A stretch of 64,000 nt of DNA from Marsupella aquatica. Its lineage: Eukaryota > Plantae > Marchantiophyta. Positions 38,101 through 53,100 of this stretch are shown here, one piece after another (position 1 is the stretch's first letter; the number at the start of each line of letters is the position of its first letter). The position numbers and the translations under genes were made by a program. A model generated the notes under the pieces. That model saw only the letters and a list, made by a program, of their open reading frames with translations. It searched no databases and was not told the origin of the DNA. The DNA lies in NCBI GenBank assembly GCA_973895155.1, contig OZ316893.1, positions 11,041,660 to 11,105,659 on the forward strand, read 5' to 3'.

Positions 38101-41100
38101 TCAAGAGGTGATTGTTTTGAACTAATACCCTTCAGGTTCACATCCTCCCATTTGCCACTCCTCCAAGCTGCTTCAAACTGCACTCATAAGAAGGTCATAG
38201 TGAATGTCCGAAATCTCTCAATAAGCATATCTCTGTTTGATTCTAATGGTCCAAGAACTGACTTCAAGCATAAATAAAAGCATCACATCCTGTAAAAACG
38301 TTTCCAGCTCAAAATTTAGAAATGCCAACTTCTTCAGAGTTGTATGAAAATTCCTTGTACCAGACGGAGAACGCATGGAATCCTGAGAAGCAGATTTGGA
38401 AGAAATGGATGAAATTTACTTTCGATTTTGTAAAGCAACAATCCAGTGCGCAATATCTTGATAAGCCTAACATGGTGGTGCGGCTTTTATATTATTGAAC
38501 TCAGGTATTGGTACAACGAGCATTTTATTTACAACTTTCACAAAGCTTCTGACAAAGAGATTAAACCTGCATCTCTTTGAACTCTGAATCTATTCCCAGT
38601 CCAGATTCTTGCTGGGAAACTCCACAACGGTACATCTCCAGGATATGGGAGCAGCCTTTCTGCTGCAATGTCCTCATGAGACCTTTATGAAGCTGCCAGT
38701 TGGGATGCACACTTTCCTTTGAGGTAAAATCTTGCTCCTTCAGACTCACAGCGGTTTGTTGACTGAACATGTCATTCATCTTTGTCAATTGAGAAGGCTT
38801 GACAGTTCGTAGTAGTAGATCGTAGTTTTCAAGGGCCTTACTCCAATTACCTTCATGCTCGTACCTTATGAGCTGAGATGTGACCTTCACCAATCAAACG
38901 ACGAAATAAAATATGTGAAAGATTTCATACCAGGTATATTTTGTCATTTATTCATTTTTTGTATCATCAAGCATAAACATACGACGAATGATTCGACACA
39001 TTCAAGGAGTTGCTTTCAGAAGTAGCTTTGTCTGCAAATTCTTCACCTTCCAGATATTTCTGTCTTTTCGAATACTAGAAATTTTTCCAGCTGCTCGATC
39101 AGCACATCCTTCAAACAGGCTATTTGTTCACGAGCAATAACCCATTCCTACCGTTCTTATTTTCCTTAAGCGTTCGTGGTTTGCTAAAAAATTATCCCAA
39201 TTTTGCAAAGGGTCATCATTGACAGACACTGAAAGAACCAAGTCTGCGACTAAATTGAACGTAGGATAATTGCGAAGATGATAACCTTGTGAGAGCGAAC
39301 CACACCATAAACTCCATCTGGCTCATTGATCCTTGTATATGCTCTTAGTAGCAACTCCAAATGTGATGGCAGCTGCTTCAAGAGCAAGGGTTATGAAATC
39401 CCAGTACAAAAATTTGCCACCAGTGAAATAATATCAAAAGCATTCCACAGATACCCACGCTCAGCATCCCTAATATAATACAATCCTAATCTCAAGTCCA
39501 GTAAAGAATATTCACACCTCGTCATCGCTTGAAAAGTCGGGAGGTCCAAGTGATACACTACCAAATGCTTCCTCACACCAATGTTCAACGTATAATACCG
39601 ATGTAAAGTATGCAGCACATTGCTGCATGACAAGTAACTCTTAAGAAAGATTGTTCCATGAAGAGCTTCATAGACCAAATAGACTCCAGACCCGGCATTA
39701 CGCTTAACGATTGAGTCTTCCCCAGGACAGCAAAGAGAGATCCCGCATTCAAAGAGAAAACACGACACGTGAACAAGAAAATGCTCCCAACGGAACCATC
39801 TAAAGATACCAACCTGGGCAGCCCTTGCTGTTGACAAATAATCAATCTGCAGCCAATAAACCTGCAAAAACACTCAAAACCACGGTTACTTTTAATGGCA
39901 TCTTCTAGGATAATTGAGAGAGCTTTCGTTGACTTCCATCGAAAAGAGAGATGATTCATACGACTTCATCAAATGAAATTGACACATCCTGTGGCACGGT
40001 GTACAGCTCATATGCACCATGACCTTATTCCACGAAGACTGATCTTCGTCCATGTGGTCTCCTGTATTCATATCACTGTTCCAGGCATTTGCAGAGCCTG
40101 TTGAGGAAAGCCTTTTCCGTGTTCGTCGCCCTCCACTTATTGAAGGCTTCTCCACCTGCCAAGTGACTATCAGTCTGCTTACCTCAGCCGTCCTAAATTA
40201 TGATGACGAGTGAGTTCTAAGCAGAAACGTTCTCATTGTTTAACGCTGTGCGATGTATAGAACCGCACCTTTAAAAGATCTCTTCTTTTAGACCGTGGTG
40301 ATATCCTTTTCATTCCAGAATGAATAAACCACTGGCGAAGAATATTCAATGTGTTCAGAAAAAGCTGTAATGCCCTCGTACTGAGATTAGTGTCATGGAA
40401 GAGATGCTGCTCGACCTGCATATAGAAACCCAAATACAAATTACCCAGACACACATTGTACAACAACATCACTATACCAATACGAATATCAGATTGAGAC
40501 CATTTACACGCATGAAAAACATTCCAAGTGGTGACTCGTAGATTAACTTGTAAGGGAAAATGCCACATTTCATTAAGATCTTCTCATCGAATAGGCCTCT
40601 ATAAGTAGTGAGACCTCCTTAGCAACACAGCCGCTGTTACCTGGCTTGATATCAGAGTGCACAACTCAGATCCAGAATCGTGTTCTCCTGCTAGAGACCC
40701 GAAGACATGAGGAAATACTAGCTCTGCCAAAGGAGCCTTTACGGAAAGAATTTCTTGGCATAGCCTGCATATAGAGTTCACGAACTGTCTCGATATTACT
40801 GCTCGGATCAAAAAACAATGGAAAGACGCATAAATGGCGAGATTTGATGAGTTGTGAGCAGCTCCAGTGACAAAATAGTCAGAATCACCTATGTACGTAT
40901 AAAATATCGCAGAGCGAAAGGTTTTGAGCCAAAAACTATGTCGCGGTAGGAAGATCTCTATCTGGTCATATCATCTGAGAAGCATTCGACGAACTGGTTA
41001 GAAATTGAGGACGAAATCTGCCGCGAGTATATAAAATTACGTTACCTCAGAATAGTATCATGTGAGTGCTCCAGTAGAGAGTACGTGAGTGTACAAACCC

Positions 41101-44100
41101 AGACATCATAAGATACCCCAGATGTTTGCCAAATAGTCGGGTCATCCAGAGGACTAGCTGAATCTGTTGAGAATTGAAAATCAAAACTGGAATTTAATGA
41201 GGTAGCCAAGCTCTCACTACGTCACAACTTTTGTATACCAAAACTAAACAATGTGTAAGACCAATCACACTGCGACATGATATCCAGCTTCAATATCTCT
41301 CGGAGAGAAAGTACAGGAGTACCTGACGATTTTTCTTTTGCAGCATCCACCATATCCGTCACGAGCTTCAAATTGACACCTCTCGGGTATATCTGACAGG
41401 ACGGTTTCATAGTGCCTCAGGTACATGTAAGAACCCCTACTAGGGATGCAACTCAAGGCCATGTAAAATACACATACCTTGTTCCAGCCTACAAGAAAAT
41501 GAAGTCACTACAATCTGGGAGATGGAAATATGTACGAGCAGCTGATCATCACCGGAAGGATAAGGAAAATCATTTGGTGAATAGAGACTATTTAGCATTC
41601 CTCCATTCTAAATCAATCTACCATCCACGGAACGGCCGAAATCCCACAAACGCATACCGTACTGTATGCAAAACGTTTCAAATCGAACCTTTGCAATCCA
41701 CCTAAACGCGAACTCCCAAGGCTTATGTGCAGAAAAACAGTTTCCTGTAATGTCACAAGATATGCAATACCTCCAAGTACAACTTCTCTTGCTGGTTGAG
41801 GGATAAGAAAACTCTCTGCCCCTTTTCGGTTGACAGTACGCCCTGCATAAATAGGGAAGGATTCAAAACTGTAGGCCATGAAGTACACGTTATATAATGA
41901 TAAATTGCCTCCAGTTAAAGAAGGTTGGCGGAGAATAATTCGGAAGACTCGCTTTTCCTGGCAGATGACTTTCAACATTTCTAGAATGGGCATTAAACCG
42001 TTGATTCTTGCACCGCATATCTGAGCTGACCCTAACTGTTATGGAAAAGGACACAGAGTGAGTGAGATACCTTGAGAGCATCTGATGCAAGTTGAATAAC
42101 ATGGACATCAGAATCAATCAGATAGGACCGAAGCTGAAGGATGATAAGCCTAAGGAGGTCCTCTGACAGCTCCCATTCAGACTCGATTGTGATGGCATTC
42201 ATATGCCCAGCAGTATGGTGTCCATTGGTAGGTTCGAATAAAGCAGTTCTAAGCTCCTCATTGTTCATATCAGGCAAACGGAAAACCACTGCATGAGGAT
42301 CAACGACACCAACCTGGTACATGGCACTTCTTCAATCAGCTTCTTGTTCTAAAAAGACTGTTGTAAAGACATCAGTACAGAAGAAACGCTTTCAAATCCA
42401 TAAAGAGATAAACACTCGTTCAAGTTTATCGACGAACGCTAAAGGAAGGGTACGAGCTGCAAGACAGATGGATGACATTAAACAATGCTTTAGGTAATTT
42501 ATCAAAGCTATTCTTGAACAGACAGCCTGTTTGGAACAATCATCAGCCTTCTGCAAACATTCAACACTCACCGCAGCTAAGAATTCGCCAGCTAGATTCT
42601 TCATGTCCAAGTCATCATGCTTATCACACAGCTGCACAAGCTTCCACACAGCATCCACTACAAGAGGACTGCACCTCCAACTTTTGTGTTCACCATAAAC
42701 CTTGGATGAAGTGTACAATTCCTTCCGCCTTGTTCGCAACTGGTCCTGAAGATATTTTAGGCTACATTGTCAAGCAAACTAGAATAGTCAGAGATTAAAT
42801 CACGAACCTAGAGTGAAGAATTGTTCACGGAGAAGTCGAACATTTGATACTTGCTTTGCACAACCCAAACAGCATTGCTAATTCCGTGGTGTTTGATAAA
42901 CGCAGTTTTCAAAATTCTTAGTATTACATGCAATACTTTAAGAAAGGAAAATGTGTTGCAAACGAAACTATTTTCCTATTTTAGTTGTCAAGCAAAGGAA
43001 ACTTTTCACCTGCTTAAAAACACCTTCGATGGCACATTGGGGACTCTTTTGACAAACTGCATTTTACGGCCCCCAAACAACAGTAAATTAGAACAGCTTC
43101 TGTGTGCACCTGTATTCTACTATTTGGCCAACAGGAATTCCAGTGCTAAGAGTGTCCCAAACAGAGCTATGTAAATTTCCAAAAGTAACCGAAACAGTAG
43201 CACAAGAATTCTGGCGCACAACATATTCCTCTATTCAAGTTACACAAGGTTAGCAATGAAAGTAAAGATTTGAGTTCCACTATAGGGAAGAACGACTGAA
43301 TCTGCAGATTGAAGTAAAAGTAGGCCTCCAAACATGCCAAACGAGAAGCTGCTTTTGGAATTCCACCTAAACACCTTCATCGTTTTCGGGCTGTTCTCTC
43401 CTTTGGCCTCCAAAAAACTGACTCCTAAGGGGCAGAATGGAAGACAGCAATTCACCTGATCACTGGAAGATAATTCTTTGGAAATGACCTTTTCTAACAG
43501 TTCCTAATGCTAGTACTGAACAGCACGCACCTGCACAAGATCTTCAGCTAGTGTACGACTGGCACTAAGCTTATTGAGGAGTCCCTGCATCGGCTCAAAG
43601 CATGGAAAATCTGGAAAGGGGTCAAGATCCTGAACAAGCAGCGTTATAGAAATTAGAATTGCAGTAGCAAGTAGTTATGCTGCTCACAGATGAATGGGTA
43701 CTGGAGGAAAGAATCATCTAGTTCATTACATGATTAATAATCACTCATCGCGATACAGTCCACATGAAGGAAAGCTCTGTCCTGACACGCAAATTAATAG
43801 ATTTGACCTGCAGACGCACAATTTCATAGTACGATCCATTACACAAGGTCAAGGAACTCGAGACCATTTGAAAACATATTACATTTAGGACAAGCTGTAA
43901 CTAGCAAACATTCATTGGCGCTCGGTACTTCGATAAGGTCAAAATTTGAACCTTGAAATATTCATGTAGGAATGGGTCGCCTTCCACAGACAATCGACGA
44001 AGCAAGCAGAACGCAGATGAAGATTTTTTACTTTCAGAACCCACTCTTATCAACTTATTTGCATGGCTCTTTGATCCTGCTCCTCCACTGCGCGTATTGA

Positions 44101-47100
44101 GGCAGCACGAAACCAGCTTTGACACGATTGACTGCAATGTCATATGAACGAACCATTAACGTCCGTTTGTACAGAGAAAAACAAACGGGCATGGGACCGG
44201 CATTGCACAATGACCACCAAGATTGAAAGCTAAACACCGAACTTAGACAAATACAGAAGCTCTACTGATCTCCACGCTTTCTAACCAATGGACCAATAAA
44301 TTTCTGATCTAAGCTGAGATATAAATTAATTTACAAAATCCTGAAAGGAATATCAGGAAAGAGGTAACAAACATCTATCCCCGACCCAATCATCCATTAA
44401 CAATCCAAATCCCAAAGCCTTGACTGATGTAAGGCTGAAGGTCACACCTGAAGATGTTCACCAAGAGTTTGGTTGGATGATTCCAGGCCAGAGCAATCCA
44501 GTTTGTCTACCACGTCTGATAATAGACCACAGCATTGATCTTGCAATTCGTTCGACTCTATCGACTGCAGAATAATGAGTATGACATAACTGCATGAGAA
44601 AGTTTAACCTTTCAGTAGAGTTTTTATTCTAATCATGACACCAACTGGATAGCCACATCAAATGCACATGTGTCTCAGAGAAGAAATCAATAAAAGCAAG
44701 AAATCAAGGCCGGACAGAAAGTCTCAAACTCTGCTCTGACGCGTTTTTTCAACTCTTGGCCCTTCACTACACCCTCGATAAAGTCACTTGCAATTTACCG
44801 GCATGTACTTGGTACTACAGCGCGCACGTCCAGCACATGGAGCAAGGCTCCTAGTCTTGTCAACAGATTTCGACGATGGCGTGGATGAAGCGCAGTGCAG
44901 ATGTTAAAATGGAGCTCAAGAAGGAGCTGCAGATCTCGAAGAACAGATTTATCGTCAGAGTCCAGGTACAAATACCAGATTTAAGGGAAGGCTGATGATG
45001 TTGACATGGCTTTTATTCTGAACAATATGTATCTAACCTTTCCAGGTTTCTAGTCAATCCTAAAAGGGTATTTAAGAGAACCACTCTTGCTCAGCATCTA
45101 AACCAGCGATTGAACAGTCAACTGAGGAACTTCAAAAAGCAGAAATGCCAGCTGCAAAATAGATCGACCCTAGCAAGAGTCTTCCCATAATAACAGGGAA
45201 AGGTATGCTTAAAAATATCTCAGACCTTGAAAACTCGATCAGGTCGAAATACTTGCATCTTGTCAACGACATTTTCGGCTTGTGAGACCTGATCACTGTC
45301 AATTATAATTTGATAGAGTGAACTGAGTCTCAGTAAGCCACCACAGCCTGGAGACTCCAAATACTGAGGAGAATCTACCGTGAATGGCAAATGAGGTATA
45401 ATTACAGCTTTGATCAAGATGTAAGCAAAGGGTGTGATAGTTGCCATGTTGTACCTGTCCAAGAAACCATCCACGACTGTCTTGATGGCTTGCACGATCC
45501 TTTCTTTTGGGAAACAGGGCAACTGCGATGTTTCTCGTTCACTGCAGAGTTTAAACAGCGATCCCACGATTTGCACCTGAACCAGTACGAGCAAACAAAT
45601 TAAGAACAGTTTGGGAACTCAAACTTCATGAAAGAGAACAGAGGAATCAACACATAGTAATAGGGTACCAATCTCATTACACAGCACCAAATCTGATGTA
45701 GCGGGAGTTCTCCTACAGACCATTCGCTTCTGTATCAGTGTGTCTCTTTCATCTTCAGATATGTCTGCCAATTCGATCATGGTTACTTGAAGTGCCGTTA
45801 CTGCCCGCTTTCCAATTCCTTTATCGGGCCCCAAATGTAATGGCAACATTGCTGCAAATACTGACTGGAAGTGCTGTTTAACCAGAGCTGAAGATGACAA
45901 GGAAAGTGTCTACACAAAGTGCCAATACATATACAAATCAGGATCTCCGCCGAAGGTAGGTTTCCAGTTCCATATAAATCATTTCAAGATGATCCTTCTG
46001 TACTTTCTCAATTACCAAAATAGTTGTCACCAACACCCGATGTGATTGGCATATGAAAACATTTCCAAGCAAACCAAAAGGTATTATAAAATTCTTACTG
46101 TTGCAAGCCAGCGAATTTGATCGACTCGTTTGTAATATATCAACCACGGCAGAAGCGATGGGCAACACTGCTGAAGAAAGTCACCCTCAAAAGAAGTCTC
46201 CGCCAGCACGTCTCGAATCTATTCAACAACAAGGACAACCAACATGTCACCTTAACACAAAAGCTCTTTCTTAATGGTAAGTCTTTTTGCGGGACCGCTC
46301 GCAGCTACCAATAAAAACATCAATGCCGGCATTAGGGACCAAGACAGTCAAAACAACTTTCTACTAGAATACATGTATTTTAGCATGTCAATCCTCGAGG
46401 CACTTGCTCGTCCTCCTTAATTCTCAAGTGGTATACCTCGAGGAGAATTGAAACATTAATGTTTGAAGCGACCCAGTGAGTGAGAAGCTGACTCGTATGT
46501 TGTTCCATGTACTGCAAGATGATTCAATAGACTGTTACAACCTGATAGTGGTCCCTAGACTAGCATCACAAATTAAGTTTTCCGATCAACTATCCTAAAA
46601 TCCAACATATTAATAAGCTGGAGAGGAGGGTGGATTCTTGTACTAGTGTTGGACAGCACCGGTATTGCACGTGTTCCTTTCTACCAGCATTAGGGACATA
46701 CATAAGATCTAAAAATCTACACAATGCAACTCAGGGTTTACCCTAAGCTTGACAACCATTATGGCTCCGTTCAATGCTCTTAAATGAACTTTGCACGCTT
46801 AAGGGACTCGAACAAGTTACAGCCAGTGTAAGAAATAGAAGATCTGATTCAGTATGCAAATGTAGACTGTACTATGACAAGTTGTGTCCTTGCCCATCCT
46901 ATTTGATCTTTGCATTAATCGTTCTCAAAATCAGACATTGTTGATAAGATTGTGTTGGTACCTTCCATCTATTTGGATAGTTCAGCTGTTTTCCCACTCT
47001 GCTAAGAACAGCACAAACCAATGTCCTGTGCAATTTGTTGAACAGCTTAGTGGAGGAAACTGCCGGCAGGTTTTGCAGTTGCATAAGACTTTGAATGAAA

Positions 47101-50100
47101 TAAATTGGCTCCAAGGATCATTCACCACTAACCATATATTTAAACAACCGAACACCAACACCCAACACCAACGAGAATTAAGAGATCCAAGATGACGTTA
47201 GCAGAAGGCATACCTCGAAGACAGGTTTAGAGCAGCGTGTGCACATATGATGAAAACAACCTGGCAGGAAACGACCCACATTTTTTAGGAAGTTCATCGT
47301 CAGCTGAACTAGCAATCTCTGGACTTTGAATGAGTTTAATTCCTTCTGTCCCCTGCTCTAGAAATCTTCTGAAACTTGCAGCTTATTGTGATGGTATTTG
47401 ATTTTAGTTTGACGTGGACCACTACATTTAGCTTTCAAGGAAGGGCCCTCAAACCACGCACGCTTCTTTGTCACGATAGAGAGCCACAGATTTTATACTC
47501 CATTAATATATAAAAGAGTTATTTTGAATTGATCGAGCAGAACATCTCAGAATTCCATTGAGATGGTCGAGTGCTTTTACGTCATTTTCAACTTGTTCGC
47601 TTGCTATTGCTATCTCTCCGAGACTAAAAATCGCTGTTTCCGCCATGATGGCTTCCTGTGGCCCTTGCAGTACATCTCCGACACAAAATCTCCCGTCGGT
47701 AGTCATCTTGGCCATCTTCACTCCAAAGCTGCCGCTGAAGACCGTCCACACAATGTTTTGTCGGGTCAGGGTCAAGTAGAAGTAAACTAAAATAAGGTTT
47801 ACATGGTTTACGAGGAAAACTTCATATCAGATGAACTTTCTTGGTTCGAATCACAAACAAAACAGGAGCCATGCTCAAGGATCAGGAACTCACCATACAT
47901 CCTGGAGAAGTTGTTCATGGCCATTCCAGGTTTCAAAAAGTACAGCCACTTTTTTGGACATACATAATCTCACTTGATACTCAGGATCATGTAGCATAAC
48001 CAAAAATTTATCCGTTAAAACCTGCCAAAAGTACAATGGCATCACAGCTGACTGTTTGTTGAACACGAGAGGTTCAGAACTAATTCTCCAAGCAATTCCT
48101 CGCTCATGATAGAACGGGAGATTGGCAATTCTTATGTACATTATCTGTAACCGATGAAACAATCCATTCTTCTGTTGCAAGACAAACTTAGCCTGCCTAT
48201 GGTAGACAGTCCAACTCTGCTGACCTGTGCTGCACTCGGATCCAAAACAATAAATTGGGAAATAGCTCCAACTAGCTTCACTCGAGAAGGCCAGAGTAGA
48301 AGGCCCATGTCCACGATCTTGCTTATCAGGTCAGCAATTTCGGATGACAGCTGCACAAAACCATCAGGGCAGACATAACTTTTGATTCATGAATTCCAGA
48401 ACGGCCGCTAGTATGCGGCATTCACAACAGTTCGACTTCATTTGCAAGCCATATCTTTACGGTTACAGCTAAACTCCATGAACTCTTACCAACAAGCTCT
48501 GGTCATCAAATAGATGATATTTGAAAGCGCTCCAACGATAAGCTTGCAACAATTGTCTCAACTAGCCAGGTAATGTATCGACTACATCACAGCATCTATG
48601 AGAGCAGATGATTTATACTAGTAGATTTCTTCAGAACAATATACAAGGACCATCTCTTGTAATGATTTAAACTAGTAGAATTCTTCAGAATAACATACAA
48701 GGACCATCTCTTGTAATGATTTAAACTAGTAGAATTCTTCAGAACAATATCCAAGGACCATCTCTTGTAAACGAGAGGTACATATTTGTGACAGGGAATA
48801 ATGGATGGCAACAATCTTACATTGGTAGAGGAAACGAGTTAGTAAGGATAGAATGTCACAGTCCACACCTTGACTTCACCATACCTTTCCTGGTAAAATT
48901 AATTTTCCCTGTTCCTTTGGGGCGCCGTCACATCCCCCGGCCGTTTGAAATTCTCCTCTTGACAATAAGAGACTGGAGAAGAGCACATCCATGGCTGTGA
49001 TGACTAAATGACGCATGGACTCACTATGCTGACATTCTGAGAGTGTATCGCGCAGCTTACCGACCTGCCAAAACAAAAAGCTTTCATTCCTGTGCCCGAC
49101 AACTTTCAGTGCTAGTCACGCAGTACTACATGTTCCACTTAACTACGAACAGGTGAACTTGAGGATTCTGAAAAGCGATAGAAAGGACGACATGAAGATA
49201 ATACACCGAAAAAGGTATAAGCAAGCATAGAATGGGTTAGGAGCAAAATCTCACGACGACAGTGAGATATCTGCAAGTAGTGACAGTGATGGTTCTGCAC
49301 AAACTCAAAAGTATATCTCCCTGAACCTGCAGCCAATGAACAGTTGGCATCATCAAATTTTGCTTGCTCTCCAGCGACATGCAATATGTTTTAGATGTTG
49401 CACATAGACCTACTCTTGAGCTAATTTCTGTCCTAAGCTATGGAACTCTTGCATGGGGAAAAGATGTAATGCTCGAAAGGCCAATGCCTTTCTAGATCTC
49501 AGCTCCATTGAAGTTGCAATCAACTGATTAGAATATCTATAACGTGATTTGAGACAGAAACGCTATCAGTGAGGAAATACTATTTAGAGCAAATTGTGGG
49601 AAATCAAGCTTTTCTTCTGCATTCATGAATTCTAGATATTTGAAGGTTTCCAGCTTAAGGCTGTTCGTGATGACGTAGCTACTTTAGAGGCTCCAGATCC
49701 TGTTGTCCTTGAAGTTCAAGGGCGACAATGGCCCTCGTGCCCCTCCTGTCCTTCCAATCTATATACGGGGGTCTGGTTTCTAGAGTCAGCTTGCACGGCA
49801 TAGGGTACTGATCACTTTCGTACCACCTTTCATGCAATAGTACGATAGTACTTTGTCTTTCCAGTCGCCTAGTTCGACATAGTCACCTGCCACCGTTGCA
49901 AATCTGTGGATTTTGATATCGATTTGATTCAGATGTTATTAACCTTCACCGTCTGAGACTCGGAAGTACTTCGGTGGGGCTGTGGACGGGCTAATGCCGT
50001 CTTTCCCCAGTACTATATATTGCTTTCAAATAACATATTCATATAATTTGTTGCAAAACGTGGATGCCCAAGTGCCTATGCATGTCCAAGCAAGATTCTA

Positions 50101-53100
50101 TTTACAGAAAATTGTTTCTGGGTTGATTACTAGAATTGCCTCACACTGTCCGTGTTGGCGTTAGCGATTGTATGGATTTGCTAGTTAAATGATGGCTTCA
50201 GACTAAAAACTTTGTTTTCCTAGGACGTTTGAGAATCATGGGCACAAGCCACTCACTTCTCTGCCAGAAGTTAGGAGACAAAAAGAAATAGAAAACATGT
50301 ACATTCCAGGATACCTTTGGGTCCTTCTCATCATGCAGCAAGTCCGATAACGTGGCACAAGTCGCATCAGGCATCACCTTGCCAATCCTCCTTATAACCT
50401 GAAGAAGACTGCATTTCAAATCCCCAGCTTTGTCCCGTGAACTACAAGTAGAAATGGAACTCATCCCAGAGGATATCACATTTCCTGCATCCCCAATACC
50501 TACCCCACCAAGAATCCCAGATTCCATCTCCATATCCAAATCTGAATCAATTATCCTTGTACCGACAACAGAATTCTGCGAAGTTCTTGGATCACCGCCT
50601 GCAATAGTAACCCCACCACCAATATACCCAATTTCTTCAGCAACTGCTCCTGCTGCTTCACCGGCTGACAAATAAGCTTTTCGGGCTGCCTTCAGCAATT
50701 TTATTAACAAAGGTTCAGCTGTAGCAGAACCATCATCCACAGCTCCCCCGGATGTCACAAAAGCACCACTGTTGACATTGTTCGTAAATTCTCGCATAGA
50801 TTCTAAAGTTGACGGTGAAAACGGCTGAAGAGCAGAGTTCCTCTGACTGACAGTCGTCATTGGATCTGATGAAGAAACGGCGAGAGACTGCTCAATACTA
50901 AATGCCCTTGCAATATCATCCAAAATAATGATAATTCTCTGAAGAATATTTGCCAGTCCTTCCCAAATTGCTCCTTTGCTACACCAATCTGAAGGAGGTT
51001 GGCCCCTGTATAGAAAAAGATTGTTATTCCAAACACAACAACCCGAAAATAAGTTACTAAGTCAGATCCAGGCCATTTTTGGGGCCTAGAATAATGAAGA
51101 AGACTGCTCTGCGAATAGGCAGTTCTCCCACGCCATGTTGGAATGGCTCTTAAAGGTACAAAAGCTTGAAAAGCAAATCAGAAGTTTCAATTGTCGTGAT
51201 AATTAGCTGCTAAAAGGTTTTCCACTCGATTCAGTTGTACAGGCTTAATTTTTGTCTATTACAGACTTGCTGCTTTATGCTCTGTCGCTAGCCCTCGTTA
51301 GGATGCTCTGAATTGCTAGATGTCAATTCAGGACTCACTTTAATATCGAAAAAGGATATGGCACAAAAAAGGATAGGGCACAAACCATCTTTCTGTTGCG
51401 TTTTCCACCCCTTGAATGCAGTTTGATAGGACAGTACTGAAGTGCAGGTACTGGGAAAGGCTAAATGATCGGGTGCCATCAGTAGCAAGGACCACGTTTT
51501 TCAGCAAATTGTCAGTAACTCTCTGAAGCAAGGAATCAATGCTTGAACGAGCCAGGGAATTCATGCTTGAACTTGAATATTTGATCACCTGCAGAAACAA
51601 AGAACAGCCAGCGAAGGTTGATAATGTTGCAGATATTCGAAATATTTTACAGTCAAATAACCAGGATAAAATCCAAGAGAACTGCCTGAACGACGGAAGT
51701 GACAATTGAAAATGACAACAAGATACGACTTTTTCCCTTTGCAATAACGTCATGATGCAAGGCCAATTCATGAACGGCATCAGTTTTCATTTTTAACGGA
51801 ATTTTTTTCCTGTCCTGTCGGGGATCATAGCATGAAATGTTAGCTAGCTATAACTCACTGCACCTGGCGACTTTCATGTACTTCTGAGACTAAAACACCA
51901 TCTGAACGGTCAAGTGCAGCAAGCTCCGATTCCTGTGCCTGTTCCGACTCATCTGGCTGCATGGAGTACACAACATGTAACAATGAGGAGGTTGCAAACA
52001 CACCTTTCCAGTGCTTACATGTTCAAGATAATTGGAAATATTTCCGCTTCCTTGTCAAAGATGGTTATTAGCCGGGAAAACCAACCAGAACACATACTAA
52101 CGGGCAACTGCAGATCTTAGACTTAGCAGATCATGGACCATGAAATCATCAGTCTGACTAAAACATTCCCTCATTTCATGTTAATTCCAAGAGTGGCACT
52201 GATTGTGCGCAACAAAATAAATCACAACAGAACATTTCCTGACCTCCAAGTATGGGTCACGTTCAAAACTGGGCCAACTGAGCTCTTTCCTCAACCACGT
52301 CAGGTGCTCATATATGTTTGCAGTTCCAGGGACGACCCCAAAAACAAGAGCAAGCACAGCTGTGGTGAGCAACCTTGGGGACATTTGCTCACCAAAGATA
52401 TATCGCGTCCTATGTACATCCTGTGAATCCAACGTATGAAGGCATTGTAGCTGCTATGAGATGCATCGAGACAAAATTTAGAAAAAACAAATTAGGTTGG
52501 GCATGTTCATTTAAAATTATATCCGGAATTAAATCCAGGTTTAAAGATAGGACATCAACATCAGCACAATCGTGCTGACTGCTAAAAACCTGACCACAGA
52601 CAGTTAAGGGCTTAAGTTGAAGAAAACTTGCTCGCTCTAAGTGGAGCTTGTGTCAATCATAGACAAATTCCACCTGGTACCCAGTTTGGTGAGTTCCATT
52701 GCTTCAGAAATAGATTTAAGGAATCCCGGCCTCTCCAAATCTCAGTGCACGGCATATTCTGAATGGCATCTTCACATTAAGCTATCAGACCTACTTTTGA
52801 ACAAAAACCAAGGGCATTCATGCTGCGTACCAGGACAGAGAGGAGACACACTTCTAATAGTAAAAACAGGAGATCACTTCGGATATCTTTTAGTGGTATA
52901 GACATTGACTTACGTGGGCATCCAAGGAACTCAGACACCAATCTAGTAACTTCTTCCGTGCCTCTACGTCAATATGGAGCATCTGTATTGGACATCACAT
53001 AAATCATGGGGCACTGACAGAGAAATCAGCTTTCCAAGAAATAAAAGAAACATAAGCATTCATCAACTTGTCATCTCTACGTCAAGCACCTCCTCTACAA

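Noticed and set aside
42850-42880. Possible GC-AG micro-exon in ATM
   Set aside because: The acceptor at 42761 (tag|C CTA AAA TAT, giving [10 protein letters not shown]) restores the frame with canonical sites.
52018-52106. Exon-like segment LPVSMCSGW...IILN in ATM
   Set aside because: Its phase is incompatible with its neighbours, which join in frame without it. At most it is a cryptic or poison exon.
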